Made by a program: the position numbers and the translations under genes. A stretch of 64,000 nt of DNA from NCBI RefSeq assembly GCF_000143415.4, contig NW_003314291.1, positions 407,316-471,315 of the forward strand. The letters are read 5' to 3'. The DNA is from Selaginella moellendorffii. Its lineage: Eukaryota > Plantae > Lycopodiophyta. Below the pieces are notes generated by a model. That model was not told the DNA's origin. It saw only the letters and a list, made by a program, of their open reading frames with translations, and did no database searches. This document shows positions 1 to 11,190 of this stretch, in pieces (the first letter of the stretch is position 1; the number at the start of each line of letters is the position of its first letter).

Positions 1-1215
1 GTGAAGACCATAAGATGAATTCATATTGGGTACACAACCTTCTTTATAGACAAAGCTATAGTATGGGTATCAACATCTTAACTGCAAACAACTAAGTTGG
101 ACATCACCATCCTCAGCCAAGGCGCAGGGCCACCAAGACCAAGTCAAGATCAGTGAGAGCTCACTACTCTCATAGAGTCTAACGAAATACAAAGTGCAAC
201 CTGCCACCAAGCATAACGCTACAAAAGAAAGGCACAAGGGTCACCTTTCTAGAAAAGTGCAACGGCCACTTTTCTACATTAACTCCAGACTCTATCCAAC
301 TCAATTGCCTTAGCCCCAAAAGTTAGCATCCCTTTTGGGCCGCATTATACAAACTATCTACTAAGGTCTAAGCTAACCGAAGTCAACTCCAACCCCTTCA
401 CTAGTTTGTATTGGCTTATGAAAACGGAATGGTTTTCGGACAAAGTGATAACAGATCAGCCATTGAAAAAGTCTAAGAAAATTTGTGGAAAATTTCCATC
501 CTAGAGAAAGAATGACTCTCAGTCTAGGAATACAAACTTTCAAGACTCAACCAACTTCTTCCTACTAACAACTTCACATAGGTTCACCTCAACACAAATT
601 CTCATGACCCATAGTATGCTTAAGCCACAAACATCTTTTTGCCCATTCTTTCGACATCTAACACCGATGTCCGTAAAATGCAAATGGAACATCCAAGGCT
701 TGATCACGAAGACCACATCTTCGAATATCCATATTGCACTAACACTCTTCTTCAACCATCTTTAAGATCCAATGTGAAGCCCAAACACTAACAAGAAAAA
801 TGACATAGAACATCAAGTTCTAAGGAAACTTCCTCATCACTCGAAAATAACAATGCCACTTCCACTAACACAAGTGCTAGCAATGTCAATGCCCNNNNNN
901 NNNNNNNNNNNNNNNNNNNNNNNNNNNNNNNNNNNNNNNNNNNNNNNNNNNNNNNNNNNNNNNNNNNNNNNNNNNNNNNNNNNNNNNNNNNNNNTACCGC
1001 CATAGTGGGTTTCTGATCCTGGATCATGGCTCTCAGCTCAAACCTCCAGGGAGAGCCAATTCTCAATCAATTCACTAGTCCAAATATGATTTTCTTGACG
1101 CTTCCCAGGGACAAGAGCAATCCATTGGAGCCAGTGGACAATGCAGTGGCCGGGAATGACAATAGCATCATGATTGATCTCAAGGGGGCACTACTCAAAT
1201 CCCTGAGCTGGTTTC

Positions 1216-2361
1216 TGTAGCGCACGTGGTTTTGACCCTTTATCCTATGGTGATTTACCATAGGATAACACCACGAAGCGGAACCTAAACCCTCTTTGTG
1301 CCACGTGATGGATGCCACGTGTCACATGCCACGTGTCCATGCCACGTGTCCATAAGAACCCGAGGTTTAGGGCCTTGGGCCACTGAACAAAGGAATGGTG
1401 CCAAACTCCCAAGCATGGAGCCAAGGAGTGACGGAACCGAACCACGGAGCAACTCCTGAGCATGAAGCCCAAAGAGCGAAGGGACAGGAGCCCAAAGCGA
1501 CTTGGAACAGTCCTAGAGTAACCAGCATCCTAATGCCAGGACCAGCACGCAAAATGGAGCCAAACGGAGTCTAGCGCTATTTTGGCATACCGGTGGCCTA
1601 ACGCGAGGATATGGGTACTCCACCAACTAGCATGGAATGGAACTTGGGCTTAGACCCAAGCCGGACGCAGAACAAGGACAGGCACGCAAGCGGGAGCTAG
1701 ACTATGCCTCAGGTTGGTCGCCATGCCCGACCTACCCACTATCCCTACTATACATTTGGAACCCCCCACAGCCCCCCCCCCTTGAGGAACACACGCTTTG
1801 GGCTTTCACCCCAAGCCTCCCTTAGTATCAGGAGTTAGTCTCTGGGACAAGCTCGAAACTTACTAAATATGGAATGTCCTTAGATTGCGAATTTGGACAC
1901 GGGACGAACACCATTGTGTTCAGACCGATCTCTACATTCCGTAGATATGCCAAATGAGCAAATCTGGACACTTTCCATAAATAGCATTTGGGACCGAAAT
2001 GAGACTAACACAAAGGGCATGATAGCGAGGGTGTTTGGCAGACACGGTAAGCTATCATCCAGCGATATTGAGGGACCAATCTCAATACGCGAGGGTTCTT
2101 GTCAAGCCAGTGCAAGACAGAGCAAAAGAGAACTAACAAGCCGGGCCAAGTATGCTCAGCTAAATAGACACTTAGGAATTCCTTCCTTATGCTCATCCGG
2201 CCAAGTACAGATGCAAAGTCCAGTTTACTAACACTTGAACAAGAGGGGCCAATAAAGGGAACCAGCAGTACCGACCTCCTGCCATCGTGGCAGTAAGGTA
2301 AGAGTGTCCGTAAGGACTAGTCGATAGGTAACTTTCGATACCCGAAGTCACATGCGCGACA
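1216..2361. mobile_element. Solo LTR (1146 bp) of an LTR retrotransposon
   Basis: Begins TGTAGCGCAC and ends ATGCGCGACA (TG..CA, imperfect inverted termini). Flanked by a perfect 5-bp TSD GTTTC (1211-1215 and 2362-2366). Related sequence recurs at 39153-39990 and 48876-51030. Confidence 0.85.
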
Positions 2362-2696
2362 GTTTCAATGCTTCATGCTTGTCACAATTGAGGCTGGGAG
2401 GCCTCTATGAGCACTCCTCTTTTTCATTCTTCCCTTCATGTGGATCACTGGCTGCTTCGTCCATCCAGTCTTGGCTCCAGATTCTTTGCTTCATGGCAGA
2501 TCCTGGATTGAGGGCCTTGGCAGTGGAACTTTGAGAGCTCCCTTGCAATTGCCATTATGGACATAGAGCCCAACCAATGCACTATACATTACACAGTTTC
2601 TTTGGCCCATGCTCCAAAAACCACGTATGCTCATGATGATACAAAGTGAGTTTATAAATTATAAACATGTTTATAAATTATAAATATGAAATTAAT

Positions 2697-4597
2697 CTAA
2701 ATGAATAACCACCATTGGATGATAGAATATCCAAGAATATCCAAGCATATTCTAAGTAGATTCATTACCATTCTAGTCCCCCTACAGGTTTGCTTAAGCA
2801 AGCCAAAAATCTTAAAGCCTGGGGGTTGCCACATAAATATCTCCTTCTTCAAGTTCCCATTAAGGAAGGCTGTTTTTACATCCATGTGATGTGTGTGCAA
2901 ACCAAACTCCGCTGAAAAGGCTAGAAGCATTCTGATACTTGTCTGCTTCACAATTGATGAGAACGTCTCATCAAAATCCACTTTAGGAACTTGTGAATAT
3001 CCTTGAGCAACAAGTCTTGCCTTGTAACGCTGAACCGATCCATCAGGATTTCTATGAAGCTTGAACACCTAGCATGATCCGACAACTTCACATCCTTCAG
3101 GAGCTTCCACCAAGTCATAAGTCTGGTTCTCATCAAGAGAATTCAACTCATCTTGCATTGCTGAAATCCACTTATCTGCATCAGGAGCTTGAATCGCCTG
3201 CTCAAAGTTGACTGGTTCAGAAGCTATTTCTATTGCTACAAAAGACCATTGCTTGGGATGAGGTGCTCTACTTGATCATCCAAATGATGTCCACCCATAG
3301 TTCTCCACGTTGAATGGTAGATCACATGTGAGCCTGTCGACTTCTCCAATTCATGCACGATGAGCAACATCACCCTGTTCTTCAAGAAGAAAAAATCCAG
3401 AGACTGGTGTTGGATGGTTGTCTACTAAAGGAGATAAGGGATAGATGATTGTCAGATCATTGCCATCATCATCAATGTCTTCAACACCATCCCAAATCCA
3501 TTTTTCTGGAGTCCAATTCATGTTTTGATCTAAGCTTCCTTCTTCTTGAATGCAATCTTTGTAGAGTGTTCCTTCATCAAAACGAACATCAATGCTTACA
3601 AAAATTTAATGATTACCAGGCTGGTACATGTGATATTTTTTTGAATTGGAGTCGTATCCAACAAGAAAGGCCAGCTTGCTTCTACTCTCCAACTTGCCAA
3701 GATGCTCATTAACCCTTTTGCAAAGATTAAACAACCAAAACACCTAAATGCACCACTGATTGTCTTTGACCAGTCCAAAGCTCTTCTGGGATCTTGTTGG
3801 GATTGCGAGAATGAGGGAGGAGGTTTTGAACGTGCACAGCTGATCTGATTGCTTTAGCCTAGAGGAATTTTGGTAGTCCTGATTCTTGAAGGAAGCATTG
3901 AACTGCATTCATGATTGTCCTGTTCTTGCACTCAGAGACTCCATTCTGTTGAGGGGTTTGAGAGCAAGAGCGCTGATGAAGAATTCCTTGTTCAGCATAG
4001 AACTGCTGAAAGGACTTGTTGACGTATTCCCCTCTTGAATCAGTATGTAAACAACCAACCCTCTAACCAGTTTTCACTTCGGCTTCTGCTACAAATTGCT
4101 TGAATTTGCTGAAGACTTCATCTTTGTGATGAAGAAAGAAGACGTCCGCGTGCCTGGAGAAATCATCTGTAAATGTCACAAAATACTTCACACCATTTTG
4201 AGCAAACAGTCGCATGGGTCCACAAACATCTGAGTGAACACAACAAGTTTGAAAGTACGGTGGGTTTGCTTGCCAAGAATGCAAGTGTGACATTTCGCTG
4301 AACTTTGAAAAACATGGTCATTGAAGCCATCCACAAGCTCCTTCTTCTACATATGCTTGATGAGAGGGGGATTGGCATGTGCAAGTTGAGCATGCCAAAG
4401 AGAACTATCTGCAATCATGCATATCTCAGGAGTGTTTGATTTTTCTCCAGAAGCTATCTCCTTCTCAAACAGGTTACCACATTTGGGAAAATGCAATAAT
4501 GGATGACCATTTGCAAGAACTTGACATTGATGTTTGGAGAAATTCACATCCAAACCTTCATTCATAAGCCTGGCTATAGAAACCAGATTCTTCACTA
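2697..4597 (-). mobile_element. Ty1/Copia pol remnant, 3' part (GAG-pre-integrase, integrase, truncated RT), pseudogenised
   Basis: Motifs SLWHAQLAHAN, VHSDVCGPM..YFVTFTDDFSR, RYKARLVAQGYSQV and HMDVKTAFLNG, with frameshifts and stops. Continues on the far side of the DNA transposon. Confidence 0.9.
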
Positions 4598-5473
4598 ATG
4601 CTCTATTTCGTTAAAGTGGGATTTATTCAGTAAAATGGGACTAGGTACAAATTTTCAAGTATTTGAAAATGACGTGAAATTATATGTTTTTTGTCCAGGG
4701 GCTAGACATATCTGGGGCATGGTGATTAGCGCGGTGACTTTGTGTCCAGATTGAGTCCATCTGGTTGTATAATAAATCTCATTGTCAAGGTGAACAAGCC
4801 GAATCTGAAGCTAAAGAAGAGCGATGGCATGCGCGCACACACTATTTGTTTATTCATTGAGCGTGTGGTGAGCTTTCCAAGATGAATGTCATTCCTATTA
4901 GCCAGACATATAACTTAATGGTGAGAACATTTAGATATTATTCAATGTTATCTTTTTCTAACGAATCTAATTGTGAAGGTGTAGCAAGAGGCATTGCTAG
5001 TCTGGAGAAGTCATTTAACTCATTTGACCCTTAGTGTATTTTCATGAAACTAAATAACATTCATATTATTAAGGAATTTCTCTAGTACCTTTTTTTTATG
5101 ACATAGAGGCTTGCATTTCTTTCAAAGGTGATTTAGTAAAAGGCCTGAGGGCACATGCCATTCTATTTCTCAGACCGGTATTAAGATATACTAGTGCAAA
5201 GGGAAAAAGGTATTTGGTGATCAAGTAAATGGCATGAGGGCACACGCCATTATAAGCCTAAGCGCTAGTGGACACTTCCTTTTTGGTACTCTCAGCGGTA
5301 CTATCATCCTTCTCCGGGTCAATTGTTTTGCTTTGGATTGATGTAAGTTGGTCTCTTAGTATTCTTTCCCATATGTCACATCATCTCAGGCCACATGCCA
5401 TCACGCCTCCTCTGATTCAGATTCGGATTGTTCACCTTGAAATAAAATACATTAGAAACTTAGTAAAGGAATA

Positions 5474-8400
5474 TTAATGAATCTCACCTTGAACCCGGGT
5501 TATGAATGCTCTTGCTGCATCTCTTGCATGGTCTGGCAAGGTGATGGTGGCACTCTGCTTCCGCATCCAACCATGCACAACATTATCCATCGATATGCTC
5601 ATGCTGGGATCCCTTGGATTCAGCACCCATCTCTTTTCTAGGCAATCCTTCGTATATCCGGAACTTGGCTTGAACCACTCCACAGTTACATTGAAGGAGT
5701 TAGTTTCTGCGTCCTCCTTTGCATCAGTGATGCAGCGCCCCACCCATATCATTTGTTTTTTATTACTGGGTCTGACAAGCACGACCATTCCTTTGCAAAC
5801 CTGTACTGGATTGAATGCTGAATCCGGCTTCTTGTTCCTCGGCCCACAATAGTGATCCTCAACATTGTTATCTGTCACTGCATTTCCAGAGGACATTGTT
5901 CCGCTACTATCTGGTGCTCTGGGTTCTGGCCAAAAGGACTCTTCCAATTCTTCATATACAACCGGCCCATTTTGGATAGCAGATATAATCTTCTCCCAGT
6001 ATTCGATCAAAGGCTTGCACCTCTGAAAATAGGATTCTCCACCAAACACCAACCCCCTCTTCCAGAAGGCAATATGCTGTCTAATCCCAGCCACTATACT
6101 TTCCTGGTCTTTGAGTCCATCCGGGTGCATCGGCCGTGGGGAACCCTGAGGAATCATAGGTTCCCCAGTTATGGGATCTCTCTTGAAGAATTCAATGCCG
6201 TCCACTGGCAGCCACACTGTGTCCCATTCTCTCATCTTGTACCTCATCACTGGAGCACCGTCACGCATGCTGAAATGAAACTGAAGAGGCTTGGAGTGGC
6301 CAATCAGCGTTTCAGATCTGTCCCTGATGTAACCTCTTACAAACCCCTTAAAGTCTGGAACCTCTGTCACAAGTGCAGCTTCAACAATGCCTTTGATGCA
6401 ATTTTGGAATTCATCGTAGAGTTGTGGGAGGGTGAGGACATTGGATCGCCGGAGGGACTCTGCCAGGTGATTGAACATGGCATCGATGTCTTCATGAGTG
6501 TGCCCAACCATGAGAAAGCCAAGTGTAACCGTTTCAAATATGCCTTTGGCAACAAGCATCGCCAAGTACGCGAAGACGTACATGTTTTTGTTCTCACTAC
6601 CAGCATTGTCTGTTTGGAGCAGAAGATGGGGTGGAAGGCCACATCGGCCGCAAGAACTTCCTTGAGATTTTGCTTCGTTTGGATGAGGCTGTGCATTCAC
6701 CAGGCGACCAGCCTCGTCGGAATGGCATGAGGCCTCACGTGATAACCCTACAATCTGACGGCCAACATATTCACTGGGATGGCATAGGGCCCCACGCGAT
6801 ACTGCAAGCCTTTGCTCCTCCTCCAGCTGAACCCTTTATGGGGTTCGATCGACAAGGGCCTTATGCAAGGGTTGGCCGTTCAGCTCAATCTGCGCACTTT
6901 GCAGAGACCTTAAGTGTTTTGCTAGGGACGCAATCATCATGTTTGCACCCCCGCCACCCCATAGAGGTACAAAGAAGTTCCCATAGTTCTGGGCACCATG
7001 CCCATGAGCGATTATGCCAAACAGAGACACAGGCAGCTGCATGGATGAAGAGATTGCCTTGGGGGCAGGATTGAGTTGAGGTAAGCACATCTTTTTCTGG
7101 TCCATTTTGTTGTGGATGATGCAGAGGTAAGAGTCAGGTTTCTCCATGGAGAGAATCCTGTTATGATAATATGCAGTCCTGCAGCTTCTCTGCTCGATGT
7201 TGTGGTCGAGCCGCCTTCTAACCAACGTCTCTCGCTCTTGAGCGATGCAAGAATTCTTCGACAAAGCCATTTTGATAGCAGTGCACTCGTCACACTTTGA
7301 AAAGCTGGAGTACTTTTCTATACTCACATCCCTGAACCTGTTGCTCCACAATCTACTAAATCTAGATTGGCTCAGCTTCCTGTAGCCATTACTCTGGAGT
7401 TCCCGATTCACATCTTCCAATATGGCCCCCTTGGTATACATGGAAGGGAGAACTCGTTGGGTGTCTCGTGTTCCATCTTCCAAGAGGCGGGTTTTATGTG
7501 GTTGCTGCTCGCTACATGTCTCGACAAACCTCTTGAAGATTGCCTCTCCATATACAACATGACCCCTGGTTTTGTGTGTACCGTCGTTCCCATGGACTGC
7601 CTGTTGAACCCTTTGTTCCTCGAACTCAGTTTTGATTCTGTAGAATGTGGTTCGAGGGACTCCATAAATGATTCTCCATGCCTTCATGCAGACCAAACCC
7701 CTCTGGAAGACCATGCCCCCCACCTGATGTTCTGAAGCATCAACAGATGACCGTAATGCCTCATACACAAAATTGCGAGCTGGCTTCCAGGACAATGTCT
7801 TGTATCTTGCTCTCTCCTCTTCAATAGCATCCCAATCAGCATGTTGACAGCACCTCCTCTTGCAACAAGCAACTGTCGAGACCATTCGAACCTCCATCGC
7901 CATTTTCTGTCTTTTCGGTTCATTGCTCAGATCCCTTTGGCTGCGCTTTAGGAAGGTGTACTTTCTTTTCCCATGAAGAGATGTTCTATCATCAGTTGTA
8001 GTGGTGTTTGATTGTGAATCCTTCACATTCTCAAACATTAAGTGCCTCAATTTCCACCGCACAATGCTTCCAATAGTCAGACTGTTTTCTTTTGTATCAA
8101 CAACCTCTAAAATCGCAACTCCAATATCATCCCAGCCCAATTCTTGATTAGCAACCGCATCTCTTGGATCGACAACTGTGGCTAAGCCCTCAGCTACCAC
8201 CTCCCCCTCGGGGTTGTTTAGAAACACCTTTGCCTGAATCCATGTAGCACAGTTCTTAAGATCCACGGAGGGAACATGCGTCGCACTTGCGCTGTCCCCA
8301 ACATCTGCTTTCTTCTGAAGATTTTTCAAGGCAACAACAACATTTACCTCGACGACCATCTCTCCTCGTTCAATAGCGACCACATTCCCATCGAAGACAG

Positions 8401-8542
8401 TCTCTACTGATACAGCAGCATTGCCCTCCCCAAGCCTTTGACAGTGTATAACAAAGTTCCGATCCATAGACACAAGGGTCCCTTTTGCAACTCTCTTCCC
8501 ACCATTCAAAATGTAAACCTTTTCCCCAACCCTGAAGGCCAT
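5474..8542 (-). CDS. Sola-like DDD transposase (~1020 aa); one premature stop at 6836-6838 in this copy
   Basis: ORFs 6836-8542 and 5474-6700 are in the same frame, and the TAA is TAC in copy 2. Motifs KCDEC..H (Zn), IIH(D/N)KMDQKK, LQTDNAGSENKN and FLMVGHTHEDID. Two N-terminal VAxG..LG..V repeats resemble the TNP1/En-Spm-associated domain. A splice acceptor (TTTCAG) sits just before the ATG, and a probable donor near 5488 suggests a short extra C-terminal exon. Superfamily assignment rests on motif resemblance and the 4-bp TSD. Confidence 0.8.
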
Positions 8543-8804
8543 TCTGAAAGTGCAGAAAAGAAGTTAAGACCATACAAAAAATGATTGGAGNNNNNNNNNN
8601 NNNNNNNNNNNNNNNNNNNNNNNNNNNNNNNNNNNNNNNNNNNNNNNNNNNNNNNNNNNNNNNNNNNNNNNNNNNNNNNNNNNNNNNNNNCAACCTCAAT
8701 AGCATGAGGCCACATGCCATTATTCAAACATGCTATAGACAAGCACGTGAAATGTCGCATTCACAAAAGTGGCATGAGTCCGCATGCCATGAGTGGTCCC
8801 ACTA

Positions 8805-8996
8805 ATGGCATGAGGCCTCACGCTATCTTTGGCCCCTACTAGCCTATGGCTATATTCTTTTTGCCTGGCGGCAACTATATATATTTTCGTGTGCGTGACT
8901 AATCACCCATACAAAAATATATACAGTTGCAACAAGGCAAAAGGAATATGGCAATAGGCTAGCAGGGGCCAAAGATGGCATGAGGCCTCATACCAT
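8805..8996. repeat. ~190-nt foldback (long imperfect hairpin) capped at both ends by the 22-bp palindrome
   Basis: CTTTGGCCCCTACTAGCCTAT..TATATATTTTCGTGTGCGTGA pairs with TCACCCATACAAAAATATATA..ATAGGCTAGCAGGGGCCAAAG around a loop of only a few nucleotides. Confidence 0.85.
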
Positions 8997-9187
8997 CTTG
9001 ATATACACACAGTTGCAGGCAAGTAAAAACATACATGACAATACGCTAGCCATGAAATTGCAAGGGCCCAAGATGGCATGTGGCCTCATGCCATTTCTAA
9101 ATGTGGTCCTAAGCCATTCCATGGTGAACATACCAGGAAGCACAAGTGCCGAATATCAAGAGGAAGCGGTAGCCACACCAAAGACAG

Positions 9188-9380
9188 TGCCGCTCGCAAC
9201 ATCGCAACTACTCGTAGCGCCGCTCGCAACACCGCAACTGCTCGTAGCGCCGCTCGCACAAACTGCCACTCGCATAAACTGCCGCTCGCAATGGCACTCA
9301 CAATGCCGCAACCGCTCGTAGACGCATAAACCACAGCTCACAATGCCGCTTACACAAGCAGCGCTCACTGCGCTTAGCGG
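9188..9380. repeat. GC-rich degenerate tandem repeat (CCGCTCGCA-type units) upstream of the transposase
   Basis: Repeated GCCGCTCGCA/CTCGTAGC units; also at 55460-55630. Confidence 0.7.
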
Positions 9381-10122
9381 AACCAAGAACACGGCACACA
9401 AAAATGATAGACCTAGGAATGAGTTCAAGAATTCAAAAATAACACACGCTTGAACGTCACATCAAATCCTCTGACAAACCAGATCTTATGATTCCTCTGA
9501 CAAATTTCAAACTGAGTAGCTTCTAGACTTTGCTGTCGGAGGTTGAACTTTGTCACATCATGTCCTTGCCTCGATCCAGCTGTGCCATGTCAGTGATTCG
9601 AACTTTGCCATGCCATGTCAGCGATCCGCGCCAAGATTATTCTCCATGTAAAGGAATAATTATGCTGTGTGTGTACGTCCATTTATGGCAATATAAGGCC
9701 ACACGCCATTCAAAGAATAATGCTAGTCGAGCATTTTTTGGTGCATTTTTGGGTTCAAAATTGCATGAGCCCACACGCTATAAAGTTTACCTGTACCAAA
9801 AATAGAAATAGCTTTATTTACTTGGGAATTTAAGTGGTTGAGGCATTTTTAAACTTACAAACACATGCCCTACTTACATTCCTTTGGTTGCTTAAAATTC
9901 AAAAATATTATAAACCTTTCTTTTTGCATTTTCAATGTTTTCAATTATGGTTTTTGATTTTCGCAGGACCAGCCTAGTAATCTATTTGCATCCCGTCATG
10001 TTTATAGCTAGCTTTCGTTTGTCCCCTTCGCTAGCCTGAGATACATCTGCTCGGCATCTGCCTCTTACAGCATTTACCCAGAAAGGGCATCTTTCTTCAC
10101 GCAGCATTTGCCATATGTTTAA

Positions 10123-10143
10123 GGTTTAGGGTTTAGGGTTTAG
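10123..10143. promoter_or_regulatory. Interstitial plant telomere repeats / telo-box (TTTAGGG x ~3)
   Basis: GGTTTAGGGTTTAGGGTTTAG between the two divergent genes; retained in copy 2 at about 56359-56379. Confidence 0.55.
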
Positions 10144-10265
10144 CAATTCAGTAGCTTGATAAATATGCAAATACAGAACTTGATGCAAAATCCTTTGATA
10201 TGTCACAATGCCCCTAGGACCATAAACACATTTCAATAAAGAGGGTCCTTTCATTTCATAACTCC

Positions 10266-10570
10266 TTACGTAGATCTTGGTGAAACCAGAGTTAGTGAAG
10301 TTAGTTTCTTGTGATCCCGCATCTGATTGTGATGTCCCTTTGCAGTGTCGATGGAAAGGTCAATGCACACCAAACTGTAGAATCTTGGAGCAAAATAACG
10401 GTCGGATCTATGGCAAATGCCCCTGAAACATTGTAAGGCTCGTATGGTCTCATGTGGTATCTGATCGAGATGCTTCTTTGCAGGGTCATCAAGAAGGACA
10501 TTGTATACCATTCTTTATTTAACTGAACATCTGGCATTTTTGGAAATACAAGATGCTTTGGAATATCCAA
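10266..10570 (-). CDS. Possible small third ORF/exon of the element (89-92 aa, unknown function)
   Basis: ORF 10301-10570 is open in both copies (56528-56806), but the copies are too similar for this to show selection. Confidence 0.2.
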
Positions 10571-10616
10571 TCATGCATGGTATAAATATAGCGAGGGTAT
10601 TAAATGATATCCCAAT

Positions 10617-10765
10617 CATGATCTTTCTTTTGGATTTCGCGTGCATGCAGTCCGAGGAATGATGATGTTGCGGATTTCTTTTGGATTTCACGTGCATGCA
10701 TGCGCGCGGCGATCCAGAAATTAATGGTGGTGCCCAAGTCCGAGGAATGATGACGTGGCAGGATT
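10617..10765. repeat. ~50-bp tandem repeat with G-box (CACGTG) and RY (CATGCATG) motifs upstream of the cargo gene
   Basis: Units TTTCTTTTGGATTTCRCGTGCATGCA and GTCCGAGGAATGATGA each occur twice; also present in copy 2. Confidence 0.55.
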
Positions 10766-11190
10766 ACCAACCGTCATGACATTTCGCGCGTGTGAGGTTA
10801 GGTTTTGCATTTTGCATCGTACTCGCGCTCGCACACTCACGCTCGCATCGCGCTCCCACTCGCGATCACGCTCACATTCGCGCTCATCTACCTTCTCTAC
10901 AGGTTTCTCGTGTGCATCGGCGTCCACTCGCGCTTGCATCACACTCGCGCTCGCATCGCGCTCGTGTGCATCGGCGTCCACTTCAAGACACACCCAGTTT
11001 GTAACTTCGCCGCCAACTCCGCTGCCCACTCCGCCACCCACACGCAGCCCACTTGGCGTCCCGGGAGATTTCAGCGCCACTCTCCAACTGTAAGTGGCAG
11101 AGTAGCCTTGCTGCTACGATCCGCTGCACACACAGTGCACATTCGCCAGCGAGTCCGGCCTCAATTGTCACGGCCTCCATTCGGCTTCAA

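Noticed and set aside
895-994. N runs here and at 8591-8690
   Set aside because: 100-N assembly placeholders. Copy 2 suggests the second gap hides only about 30 bp. ORFs spanning them are not meaningful.
4590-4600. 8-bp TSD (hAT/Zisupton-like) or TTAA target (piggyBac/Sola3)
   Set aside because: Only 4-bp duplications (ACTA, TAAT) are exact, and only these restore both host reading frames.
6836-6838. Programmed stop readthrough or two separate transposase genes
   Set aside because: Copy 2 has TAC here and its own stops elsewhere, so these are decay mutations.
5852-7074. Plus-strand ORFs of 292 aa and 147 aa (and similar shadow ORFs at 12538-13935)
   Set aside because: Antisense shadows of the transposase and cargo genes with no recognisable motifs.
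10123-10143. Chromosome end or telomere-healing site
   Set aside because: Only about 3 units, internal to the transposon and present in both copies.
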